Assembly: GCA_964342185.1 (NCBI GenBank) | Contig: CAYFER010000005.1 | Location: 18,316-82,315, forward strand | DNA from: an uncultured Vicinamibacteraceae bacterium | Lineage (GTDB): Bacteria > Acidobacteriota > Vicinamibacteria > Vicinamibacterales > UBA8438 | Reading direction: 5' to 3' | DNA length: 64,000 nucleotides | Shown here: positions 9,782 to 18,533 of the stretch, one piece after another | Layout: the number at the start of each line of letters is the position of its first letter | Position numbering within the stretch: position 1 is the stretch's first letter | The notes under the pieces: generated by a model | Database searches by the model: none | Told to the model about the DNA's origin: nothing | What the model saw: the letters and a program-made list of their open reading frames with translations, nothing else | Position numbers and translations under genes: made by a program

Positions 9782-11098
9782 ATGGACCCTGCGACTGGTG
9801 CTTTTGACCCGCACCATCCCCCTTCGTCCGACCTACTTGCCGATTGCGTGCACTGCGGGTTCTGCTTACCAGCGTGCCCGACCTACGCTTTGTGGAATCG
9901 TGAAACTGACTCGCCGCGCGGTCGCATCCATCTCATGAAAGTAGCCCTTGAGGGCAAAACAGAAATCACCGACGAATTTGCAAGACACTTCGATACTTGT
10001 CTCGGTTGCATGGCCTGCGTGACCGCCTGTCCATCCGGTGTGCAGTATGACAAGTTAGTCGAGGCGACACGGCCCCAAATCGAACGTCGCATAGACCGTT
10101 CGAAGAGCGACCGTTTGTTTCGCCGAATCATATTTTCACTGTTTCCTTATCCGACCCGACTACGCTGGATAGCATTAAAATTGTGGGCCTACCAACGCTT
10201 GGGTGTGCGATGGTTCGTGCGGAACTCTGGCCTACTCAGCCTTTTGCCCAGAAAACTCAGAGCAATGGAGGCAATGGCACCTCCGATTGCATTTGGTGAG
10301 TTGTTTTCCTCGATTCCAGCACGAATACCCACCGTAGGAAAACCACGTAAAAGGGTTGCTTTCCTACTCGGCTGCGTCCAGCGGGTCTTTTTCAGTAACG
10401 TCAATCAAGCAACGTTGCGTGTGCTGGCGGCCGAAGGCTGCGAAGTAGTCATTCCTCAGGGCCAAGGCTGCTGCGGAGCACTGATGTACCATGCCGGACA
10501 AGAAAACGATGCGATCGCAATGGCTCGACAGTTCATAGACGAATTTGACAAGGAAATCGATAATGTTGATGCCATCGTCATCAACGCCGCTGGCTGCGGG
10601 TCCACACTCAAACAATACGGCCATATCCTCGCCGACGACCCTATCTATTCGGCCAAGGCGAAAGCCCTTTCCGCTAAATGTCGTGACATCTCTGAATTAC
10701 TTGCCGAACTTGAGCCAAGAGCACCACGTCACCCACTTCCCATTCGGGTCGCTTATCACGATGCATGTCATCTTCGGCATGCTCAGAATGTCATCAGCGA
10801 ACCACGTCAAGTATTAGCCCAAGTCCCGAAACTCGACGTTCGCGAAATTCCTGAAGCCGGAATGTGTTGTGGGTCGGCGGGTATCTATAACCTTGTCGAA
10901 CCAGAAGCAGCGGAACAACTCGGTGCTCTCAAAGCGAAACAATGCCTCTCAACTGAAGCCGACACAATAGTTTCATCAAATCCCGGTTGTCTACTTCAAA
11001 TAAAATCATCTTTGGAGCGAAGTGGACGCACACTGCGGACAATGCATCTAGTGGAAATTGTTGACGCGTCGATCCAAGGTCGAAACATCAACGGATAG
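9782..11098 (+). CDS. glcF: glycolate oxidase iron-sulfur subunit (GlcF/GlpC family)
   Basis: 438 aa. Two ferredoxin-type clusters, CVHCGFCLPACPTY and CLGCMACVTACPSG, followed by two CCG domains (CCGA...; CCGSAG). Confidence 0.8.
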   Translation: MDPATGAFDPHHPPSSDLLADCVHCGFCLPACPTYALWNRETDSPRGRIHLMKVALEGKTEITDEFARHFDTCLGCMACVTACPSGVQYDKLVEATRPQIERRIDRSKSDRLFRRIIFSLFPYPTRLRWIALKLWAYQRLGVRWFVRNSGLLSLLPRKLRAMEAMAPPIAFGELFSSIPARIPTVGKPRKRVAFLLGCVQRVFFSNVNQATLRVLAAEGCEVVIPQGQGCCGALMYHAGQENDAIAMARQFIDEFDKEIDNVDAIVINAAGCGSTLKQYGHILADDPIYSAKAKALSAKCRDISELLAELEPRAPRHPLPIRVAYHDACHLRHAQNVISEPRQVLAQVPKLDVREIPEAGMCCGSAGIYNLVEPEAAEQLGALKAKQCLSTEADTIVSSNPGCLLQIKSSLERSGRTLRTMHLVEIVDASIQGRNING

Positions 11099-11147
11099 CT
11101 AGACCGTCTCCCCAACTGCGCTCTCAGATTTGACCAAGAAGACCACC

Positions 11148-12431
11148 TCATAGGCCGCCTGGACCGCGACCTACGTTCAGCAGATTCCCTGGGTCGAACC
11201 GTTGTTTCACCGCTTGCATCACCCGCATACCATCACCAATCTGCCCCCACACGCCAACCTCTTGGCGGAGCTTGGCGTCACCCTGGCGGATGACGGCCGA
11301 ACCACGCCCGACCGGCAGTCGCTCACGAAGTTGGTTGATTAACCGGGCTTGCAAAGAAAACGAGCCGTCTAGACGAACGTCAACAATACCAAGACCCGCC
11401 CGGCCGGATACGGACATACTTATTCCCTGCGAGGTCGCCTCTCTACGTAACCAGACTAATGTCGAGACCAACTCAGCTGGCACACAAACCAACTTGAGAA
11501 GTGTGCCGTCAATTGACGACGACCAATGTGTTGAGTGCTGTTCCCAACGAGTAGTCTCTTCCTCAGCCGACAAGATTCGGCTTGCCCCGCGTGCCCCCAA
11601 GAGAGCACAGACCTCTGTCGCTTGCTGAGCGACGGCCTCTTCAACTGATTCGAAGCGAACCAGCAACTGCGTCGACGTCACAGTTGATGCAAGTTCAAGT
11701 GCCGTCGGCGTTAGAGACGAGGTTGATAGGTCGCTCACTACCTCCCCAGACAGGTCAAGCGAGTCAAGAGCAAACTCAACTGTGCGAGAGGCTGGAGCCA
11801 GCGGCGCCAACTTGAATGTCGCCGTTATAATTACGCCGATACACCCGAACGAACCAGTTAACAACCGAGATAAATCGTATCCAGCAACGTTTTTTACGAC
11901 AATACCGCCTGCCTTGGCCACTGCTCCATCAATACGTGCAATCGTTAAACCAATGATGGAATCACGGACTGACCCGTAACCGTGTCGACGAGGGCCGCTG
12001 TCATTCGTTGCCACAATGCCACCAATCGTTGCGCGGTCGGCCCACGGTGGATCCCAAGGCAACCACTGACGCTGTTCTGTTAGTGTCTTATTCACCGCTG
12101 ACAACGGCGCCCCACACTCAACCGTGGTAGTAAGGTCGCCGTGCCGGTGGTCTATCACCGATCGTAGACGAGTCGTTGAGAGAAGTAGGTCGACGGGACC
12201 GCTAGGCGCTCCCCACGTTAGCTTGGTGCCGCCTCCAACCACTGACACCGTGAGACCCTCAGACGACGCCCATCCAAGGATTTCGGCAATTTGGTCAGCA
12301 GTGGATGGCTCAACTAGTAGACGCGGGCGCACACCGTCAAACACATCATCGTCAGTTGACACACGGGCCGAGTCTCCGCCTGATCGACTTCTGAGCTCGG
12401 ATAAAAGCGTGTCGATGGATACCACCGTCAT
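11148..12431 (-). CDS. glcE: glycolate oxidase FAD-binding subunit GlcE-like
   Basis: FAD_binding_4-type fold (VVGGGTKL.WG, ...KNVAGYDL.RL..GS.G). The start is placed at the internal ATG (MTVVSIDTLL), which forms an ATGA overlap with the glcD stop at 12431-12433. The ORF-track start at 12500 would overlap glcD by 70 nt. Confidence 0.7.
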   Translation of the reverse strand: MTVVSIDTLLSELRSRSGGDSARVSTDDDVFDGVRPRLLVEPSTADQIAEILGWASSEGLTVSVVGGGTKLTWGAPSGPVDLLLSTTRLRSVIDHRHGDLTTTVECGAPLSAVNKTLTEQRQWLPWDPPWADRATIGGIVATNDSGPRRHGYGSVRDSIIGLTIARIDGAVAKAGGIVVKNVAGYDLSRLLTGSFGCIGVIITATFKLAPLAPASRTVEFALDSLDLSGEVVSDLSTSSLTPTALELASTVTSTQLLVRFESVEEAVAQQATEVCALLGARGASRILSAEEETTRWEQHSTHWSSSIDGTLLKLVCVPAELVSTLVWLRREATSQGISMSVSGRAGLGIVDVRLDGSFSLQARLINQLRERLPVGRGSAVIRQGDAKLRQEVGVWGQIGDGMRVMQAVKQRFDPGNLLNVGRGPGGL

Positions 12432-14008
12432 CACAGGCGATCCGCCACCCCTAAAGTCTCGGCCGGGTGGCGACGATAGGGTCCCGGCACTTCGCCACAC
12501 AGCCGAGGTGTTGGGAACACTTTGCCCGGGTTACAGATGAAATCAGGGTCAAACGCACAGCGAACGAGTTGCATCGTGTCAAGATCACTGTCGGTAAACA
12601 TCTTGGGCATGTGCTTAGCTTTGTCGGCACCAACACCATGCTCACCCGTAATCGACCCACCGACATCAAGACAGTAAGTCAAGATCTCGGATGCAACATC
12701 TTGGGCCAGATCCGCCTGGCCCTCGATCCGATCGTCATAACAAATGAGCGGGTGAAGGTTGCCATCGCCGGCATGAAACACATTCCCGATTTTCAATCCT
12801 GACCTCTTGGCCAGTGACGCAATCCGATTTAACACTTCGGGAAGTTTCGTCCTCGGAATCACGCCATCTTGGACGTAGTAACTCGGTGACACTCGGCCCA
12901 TCGCAGCAAAAGCTGCCTTCCGCCCTTGCCAAAATCTTGCCCGCTGCTCGTCGGTCTTGGCCACCTGGATCTCTCTGGCGTTGGCTTCAGCACAGACTTT
13001 CTCAACGTGTACGAAGAGCGCGGCAACATCTGCCTCGGCACCATCAAGTTCGACAATGAGGACGGCTTCAGTTTTCGGAAAATTTGGGTGAACGGCCTCT
13101 TCAGCAGCTTCGATAGTCAGTCGGTCCATCATCTCAATCGCCGCCGGAATAATTCCAGCACCGATAATTCCAGAAACTGCGTTTCCGGCCGCTCCAGTTG
13201 AGTCAAATGCAGCCAGCAAAGTCTTAACAGCTGCCGGCTTTCGTAAAAGATTTAACGTAACTTTCGTAACAACTGCGAGCGTCCCTTCTGACCCGACCAG
13301 TACGCCCAGAATGTCAAGACCCGGAGCATCGCGTGCCGGACCACCTAAATGAACGATTTCCCCATCTGGTAACACTGCTTCAACACCAAGCACATGATGG
13401 ACCGTGAATCCGTACTTTAAGCAATGGGCGCCACCTGAATTCTCAGCAAGATTCCCGCCGATCGAACAAATGACCTGGCTCGACGGATCGGGCGCATAGT
13501 AATAACCATCACTAGCCACAGCCTTGCTAACATCAAGGTTCATGATGCCTGGTTCAACCGTAATACATCGATTCGGCAGATCGATTTCACAGATGCGATT
13601 CATCCTTGTCAGAACAATTAGGACGCCGTCTGGATGCGGCATGGCTCCCCCAGAAAGCCCCGTGCCTTGGCCTCGCGCTACAAACGGCACGCCCGACTCG
13701 TGGCACAGACGCACTACCGCTTGCACCTGCAGAGTGGATGTCGGCAAAACGGCAACGCCTGGCTTCGACCGAAGCTTAACCAAGCCATCCGTTTCATAAG
13801 TCAACAACTCGCCGGCATCGCAGACAAGACCATCGGAACCAACGATGACCTCAAGCGCATCGAGAAAATCTTTCTCCAATTTATCTACCCAATCCGTTGT
13901 CCTTGAAACAACTCTCGTTACGGCCTCGAATACTGGTCGATAACACGAGACAGCGCTCGCTGACAGACTTGACAGAATCCAACCGGGTTTCGTGTAAACA
14001 TAATGCAA
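12431..14008 (-). CDS. glcD: glycolate oxidase subunit GlcD (FAD-linked oxidase)
   Basis: Contains VVRLCHESGVPFVARGQGTGLSGGA, KNSAGY-like NLAENSGGAHCLKYG, GSITGEHGVG and RCAFDP....NPGKV. The ATG at 14008 overlaps the upstream M64 gene by about 90 nt. A TTG at 13879 (LEKDFLDALEVIVG) is a plausible alternative start. Confidence 0.85.
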   Translation of the reverse strand: MHYVYTKPGWILSSLSASAVSCYRPVFEAVTRVVSRTTDWVDKLEKDFLDALEVIVGSDGLVCDAGELLTYETDGLVKLRSKPGVAVLPTSTLQVQAVVRLCHESGVPFVARGQGTGLSGGAMPHPDGVLIVLTRMNRICEIDLPNRCITVEPGIMNLDVSKAVASDGYYYAPDPSSQVICSIGGNLAENSGGAHCLKYGFTVHHVLGVEAVLPDGEIVHLGGPARDAPGLDILGVLVGSEGTLAVVTKVTLNLLRKPAAVKTLLAAFDSTGAAGNAVSGIIGAGIIPAAIEMMDRLTIEAAEEAVHPNFPKTEAVLIVELDGAEADVAALFVHVEKVCAEANAREIQVAKTDEQRARFWQGRKAAFAAMGRVSPSYYVQDGVIPRTKLPEVLNRIASLAKRSGLKIGNVFHAGDGNLHPLICYDDRIEGQADLAQDVASEILTYCLDVGGSITGEHGVGADKAKHMPKMFTDSDLDTMQLVRCAFDPDFICNPGKVFPTPRLCGEVPGPYRRHPAETLGVADRL

Positions 14009-15492
14009 TCTATTTCAGAACGATACAGACCAAGCGCTTCATAAGAAGCGCCCTCGAAGGCCCCTACTCTGTCTGCGTATTCCATAGAACCAAGAGCCGT
14101 AGTTTCGTTCTCCATTTGTTCGGTAAATAAACGATCGATCTCGGTTTCTGCGACTCCTTGCCGGCGCAATTCTCGGCGTTCAGCTTGAGCCGCCGAACTC
14201 GCCGACTCGAACTCGTTTTTGTCCCATGGAGTCGGCAATGGGGTGTCAGCTGAAACTAAATCACGCCATTTCAGATTCGCCGGATCGTGAAGCGCGGTCA
14301 CATTGGGCTCCCAAGGTTCTGGATGATACGCGTTACCGGTCTCGTAGGCGACATCAGATGTGTAGTACTCATCAGCGAGTCCAGCAAAATGATGTCCGAA
14401 CTCGTGAACAAAGACATATTCCGAAAACCCTGTATCGGCCGCCACAGTGGCCTGAAAATTGAAAATTCCTCCACCACCATACTGTTCCTCATTGACCACG
14501 ATCTCAAGAAACTCATAAGGGGCAGCGGACGCGGCATCTCTTAACGCCCGATTATCGTAAGTGAGCAAGTAACGTTCAGAATCGAAGATGTTGTACTCAG
14601 CCGATAAAGGACTTCGACGAAACTCCATGGCCCTGGGCCGAGAAACACCAGACTCTGATGAAGGCAAGTCTAAGCCCCACACATTGAAATCGGAGCGCCG
14701 GCTCCTAAACGGCTCCTCATCAAACAACGCATTAACCAGACGCTCTGCGTCCATATGAAACTTCGGAATTTCTTCGGCCGTATATCCCTCGCTGATAACA
14801 AGAAGGTCAACCTTGTCAGACGGTGGCCCGCTGTCGATAATCGGCCAAACCTCTCCCGCCGAAACTCGGTCCGTTGGGTTGACAAAGCGGGACTCTGGAT
14901 CGATTACAGTCGACCAAATTTCGTGAAAACTGTTCTCGCTATCTCGAACTTTCAGCACGACCTGTACTGGCCGCTTCGGCCACGGAAAGCGAAGTGACTC
15001 GTGGAAGGTCGCATGAACCTGCCGCGCAGCAGGTGTTGTCTCCCACTCCCCATAAATAGATGCAAAGCCCCTTGAATAGATCACACGATTCGTCGGCCGG
15101 TCGATGACTTCAAACAGATACTTCCCCAGATTCAGATGATCGATAAGCCTGGTACGACTGCCAGCCCAGGGTCCATCAGACACGATTTGGTCAAGGGCCA
15201 AGACCTCCGTACCAAGACCGCCGGAATGAAAATAATCAACCCGCATAGTCTTATCGACGAAGTTCTCGTCGAAAACCTTGAGTTCATCGACTGGCTGATG
15301 AGCCTGGAGTGCCCAACTGAGCCCTCCCAATATACGAGTAGTTTTACTTTGAGTGAGACCGACCTTGGCGAACTGAAACACCCAGCCTGCACTAACAGCC
15401 AGAATGGCTGCCACTAAGATTCGCGCCACCCTCGTCCATATGTCTTGCATAAGACATATATTACCGGTAGGCGAGCGCGAAGAATTCCGCAT
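13918..15492 (-). CDS. M64 family (IgA-peptidase-like) zinc metallopeptidase, secreted or membrane-anchored
   Basis: 524 aa. N-terminal hydrophobic segment, and the zinc motif VFVHEFGHHFAGLADEYY that I recognise as the M64 signature (HEFGHxFxGLADEY). Confidence 0.75.
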   Translation of the reverse strand: MRNSSRSPTGNICLMQDIWTRVARILVAAILAVSAGWVFQFAKVGLTQSKTTRILGGLSWALQAHQPVDELKVFDENFVDKTMRVDYFHSGGLGTEVLALDQIVSDGPWAGSRTRLIDHLNLGKYLFEVIDRPTNRVIYSRGFASIYGEWETTPAARQVHATFHESLRFPWPKRPVQVVLKVRDSENSFHEIWSTVIDPESRFVNPTDRVSAGEVWPIIDSGPPSDKVDLLVISEGYTAEEIPKFHMDAERLVNALFDEEPFRSRRSDFNVWGLDLPSSESGVSRPRAMEFRRSPLSAEYNIFDSERYLLTYDNRALRDAASAAPYEFLEIVVNEEQYGGGGIFNFQATVAADTGFSEYVFVHEFGHHFAGLADEYYTSDVAYETGNAYHPEPWEPNVTALHDPANLKWRDLVSADTPLPTPWDKNEFESASSAAQAERRELRRQGVAETEIDRLFTEQMENETTALGSMEYADRVGAFEGASYEALGLYRSEIDCIMFTRNPVGFCQVCQRALSRVIDQYSRP

Positions 15493-15515
15493 CTACTAGC
15501 CCATTCCGAAATGAA

Positions 15516-16271
15516 TCAATCGCTGACAGCGAGTTCCCCAGGAACGATCGGCTTTGTGCGGGGTAATTTGCCACGATACGACAACCATCCTACAAACCCC
15601 AAGAGTCCAAGAAAGACTAATAACTTTCCGGCATCGGCTGTTCGACTCTGAGGAAGGACGGCCCACAAAAACCACAAAACTGGCTGTGCCAAACACACCG
15701 CCCAACACGCTCCATAGAAGTATCGTCGTTCGTGACCTTCACCCTTCGTCGACCGTTTAACTCGCGGGAGTTGGCCGAATCCACCAAGGATCCAGATACC
15801 TCCAGCGATCGGAAAATAGGCAACTTCGTATATCTGCCGCAAATACCACTGGCCTGACACTAACGCTATTACGAGACCGCTAATATTCAACACTGCAAAC
15901 GTGAACACCGCACTCCACGCGAACGTATAGCAAATGCGGCGATAGAGTGGATTCGGTTTATCCTCAGTGAAGCGGATGATATAGGGCCGAGGTTCGACAC
16001 CGGGCAGTCGGCCCCGCAGGCCAGCAATACCGGTAACAAAGAGCACCGCGCCAAGCCACATCGCCATCCTGCCGTCAAAACCGGTTTCAAACAGATCAAA
16101 CGTCAGTGGACCCGGAGCAATAAAAAACACCCAGATCCAAATCGGCCAATGTGACAACCGATAGTGAATCTTGTTGCGATGTCGAATCTTTCGATCACTC
16201 GCCAACTCGACAGGTATCCCGACACGGTCGTCAGAACCTGGATCAGCGGGCGATGGCACACTCTGCGTCAT
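15516..16271 (-). CDS. hypothetical polytopic membrane protein
   Basis: 251 aa with about 6 hydrophobic segments (WPIWIWVFFIAPGPL, AMWLGAVLFVTGIAGL, etc.). No motif recognised. Confidence 0.5.
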   Translation of the reverse strand: MTQSVPSPADPGSDDRVGIPVELASDRKIRHRNKIHYRLSHWPIWIWVFFIAPGPLTFDLFETGFDGRMAMWLGAVLFVTGIAGLRGRLPGVEPRPYIIRFTEDKPNPLYRRICYTFAWSAVFTFAVLNISGLVIALVSGQWYLRQIYEVAYFPIAGGIWILGGFGQLPRVKRSTKGEGHERRYFYGACWAVCLAQPVLWFLWAVLPQSRTADAGKLLVFLGLLGFVGWLSYRGKLPRTKPIVPGELAVSD

Positions 16272-16394
16272 TCGTTATAAATATAAATGAGATCAGCGTG
16301 GAACAGTGGGGCGTGCGACATAACGGTCGAAAATAAGCGAAGCCGGTCACAGTTCCCAACACCGGTGGCACAATCACTCGCGGCTTCAAATTCT

Positions 16395-16958
16395 TTATTG
16401 CACTACTCTTCGGCGGCGATACTCAGCTAGAACGGACAAAATACTTTGAACCGGGGCATTGTCTCCAAAAGTTTGACTTGCATGGATGAAAAGATCCTGA
16501 TTGCCTGGAGCAAAAACAAAACTGCCGCCTAGTTGAAAAGGGTCCCTACCTAATCGGTGCTGTCGGTGACCATCCGCCTTCGCCTTCTTCCGAGCCGAGA
16601 AATTGTCACGGCGGAACAAGTCAATCAGACTGGCGTTTCTAAGACTCGCTGCCCGATACGCGCGACGTTCTTCATCAACGAGAAGTGGGAAAGTGACTCC
16701 TGTTGCTTCCCGAAAGTGCTGAGCATAGTGGATATCTCCAAGGCCAATTGCAGCCAATACACCTCCCTCATCTCGAATTTGTGATTCAGAGTCCCGCAAC
16801 TGCGAGACATGCTGCCGGCAAAAAATTCAACCGTAGTGCCGCAAGAACACTACAACTGCAGGTTGGGCTTCCCAAATGGAACCAAGGAGAACTTCGCCTC
16901 CATCTGAGTCCCGAAGCTGGACGGGCGCAAGAATTGCACTTACTTCAGATTTACTCAT
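16395..16958 (-). CDS. peroxiredoxin-like (AhpC/TSA, Prx-like2 type) thioredoxin-fold protein with in-frame TGA at 16827-16829; candidate selenoprotein with a U-x-x-C motif
   Basis: ATG at 16958 gives MSKSEVSAILAPVQLRDSDGGEVLLGSIWEAQPAVVVFLRHYG-TGA-IFCRQHVSQLRDSES..., in frame with track ORF 16395..16799. That ORF's first residue is TTG codon 54 of the long reading. The TGA sits where the family has the first Cys of FLRHxGCxxCR. Confidence 0.7.
16787..16814 (-). promoter_or_regulatory. SECIS-like stem-loop downstream of the in-frame UGA
   Basis: Minus-strand RNA CAG-CAUG-UCUCGC-AGUU-GCGGGA-CU-CUG. It has a 6-bp upper stem (one G-U pair), an apical loop AGUU containing GU, and a lower CAG/CUG stem. 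The loop starts 25 nt after the UGA, within the distance typical of bacterial SECIS elements. Confidence 0.5.
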
Positions 16959-17020
16959 CTTGACTTATTCAGGAAATACTTCGCTTATGGTCAACCTCAA
17001 ACTCTCATTTCGGCATTCTT

Positions 17021-18235
17021 TCAAAACATGGGTTCTCCATTGACGATGACACAGTCAGGCAGGGTTTTCTGCAGCTCAGCGACCCCAGTAGGGGTGACTT
17101 GAGTGTTGCTGACATCCAACGCTTCTAAGAACCGTAATCCTTTAAGGTAGGTCAGACTCAAGTCGGTCACCTGGGTAGCGTGAAGTCCAAGACTCCTGAG
17201 GGTCTCGATCCGCGAGAGATCCTCCACGCCTGCATCAGTGACCGAGGTAACGGCAAGATTGAGCGTCTCAAGTATCGGCAACGCCGTCAGATGCGTAATA
17301 CCCGCATCGGTGACCTCAGTCCCGTAGAGATCCAACGTTTCCAATGCCGTTAATCCTCTTAGTTGTATCAAGCCCACATCAGTGACCAAGGTGCCCGCGA
17401 GACCAAGAAACTTTAGCTTTACCAACTCGCTGACATGCACTAAACCAGCGTCGGAAACCAAAGTGACCGCAAGATTGAGAGTCTCGAGGGCCCTTAGCTC
17501 TGACAAACTCGCTAGGCCAGTATCCGTCACCTGAGTACCGTAGAGATCCAAGAATTCTAGGGCCGTTAGTTGCTGGAAATGAATGAGACCGGCGTCCGTG
17601 ACTTGAGAACCAGCGAGGCCGAGTGTTTTTAGCGAAGTCAGACCCGCCAAATGGACCATACCCTCATCGGCAACCTCAGTACCGTAAAGGTCGAGAAACT
17701 CCAGCGTCTTCAACCCCACGAGATGGACTAAGCCGGCATCGGTAACCACTGTTCCAGCGAGACCGAGAAACTCGAGAGCCCTCAAACTTGCGAGGTGAGA
17801 CAAACCGTCGTTAGTAATTTGGGTCACTGCAAGGTTGAGAGTCTCAAGCGCAGGGAAACCCGACAAATTCGCCAGCCCGGCATTAGTAACCTGGGTTCCG
17901 GAAAGATTGAGAAAATGCAGAGCGGGCAAACCCGTCAGGCGCGCCACTCCAGCGTCGGTAATTTGGGTGTTATGAAGGTCAAGACCCGTCAATGAGGGTA
18001 AATTCGCAAAGTACTCAAGCTCGCCATCGGCAACCGAAGTGCCATTGAGGTCCACATATCCGACCGCTCCCGTCGCATCGTGGGTCAAACGACCACCGAG
18101 TGTCTGAACAATCATCTCCACAGTGACAACGGGTGATTCGATTGATTGCTGCTGTTGGGCTGTCAAAAACACATTGCCGCCCACAACATTCAACGCAACA
18201 AGCGCGGAAAAAACCCATTTACTTCTAATCATCAA
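17021..18235 (-). CDS. secreted leucine-rich-repeat (LRR) protein
   Basis: 404 aa. Signal peptide MMIRSKWVFSALVALNVVGGNVFLTAQ, then 13 consecutive 24-residue repeats of the form L..L..L.L.GT.VTDAGL.HL.G. Confidence 0.8.
   Translation of the reverse strand: MMIRSKWVFSALVALNVVGGNVFLTAQQQQSIESPVVTVEMIVQTLGGRLTHDATGAVGYVDLNGTSVADGELEYFANLPSLTGLDLHNTQITDAGVARLTGLPALHFLNLSGTQVTNAGLANLSGFPALETLNLAVTQITNDGLSHLASLRALEFLGLAGTVVTDAGLVHLVGLKTLEFLDLYGTEVADEGMVHLAGLTSLKTLGLAGSQVTDAGLIHFQQLTALEFLDLYGTQVTDTGLASLSELRALETLNLAVTLVSDAGLVHVSELVKLKFLGLAGTLVTDVGLIQLRGLTALETLDLYGTEVTDAGITHLTALPILETLNLAVTSVTDAGVEDLSRIETLRSLGLHATQVTDLSLTYLKGLRFLEALDVSNTQVTPTGVAELQKTLPDCVIVNGEPMF
17066..18001 (-). repeat. 13 tandem 72-nt (24-codon) LRR units with a 3-unit (216-nt) higher-order periodicity
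   Basis: Repeat types cycle LDLYGT / LNLAVT / LGLAGT in units 7-9 and 10-12 (and partly in 3-5). This is coding repeat DNA, not CRISPR: there are no spacers. Confidence 0.7.
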
Positions 18236-18533
18236 ACTGTTCTACCGGTGGAATCGATCGCCAAGAGTTTTAGCGTAGCACCACAACAACCGGTTCAACG
18301 GGCATTAGGATACGGGCTTCATTCCCAAGTGAACGATTAGCTCTCTGACTTACAGTTTATAGAAGGACGCAACCTGACGTGAGGCTGGACACTTCGTTGT
18401 GTCTCCTCGATGGACCAAATGCTATTCTAGCGCTCGAAGACGTGTCAGTTTGACGGGGAACGGTGAGGGCTGCATGCCCCAAAATGTCAGGCGCGACGGT
18501 GTGCAGGCTCGCAGGTTGCCAAGGAGGTGCCCC

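Noticed and set aside
12432-12500. ORF-track start of glcE at 12500, overlapping glcD by 70 nt
   Set aside because: The internal ATG at 12431 forms an ATGA stop/start overlap with glcD and removes an implausible Gly/Arg-rich leader.
17066-18001. Regular 72-nt periodic repeats that could be mistaken for a CRISPR-like array
   Set aside because: The units are contiguous with no unique spacers, lie within one open reading frame and translate to canonical LRR units.
18399-18533. 45-codon N-terminal extension of family copy 1 given by the ORF track
   Set aside because: The extension is Arg/Cys-rich with no signal peptide. The internal ATG at 18534 has a strong AAGGAGGT ribosome-binding site and yields a typical signal peptide like the paralogues.
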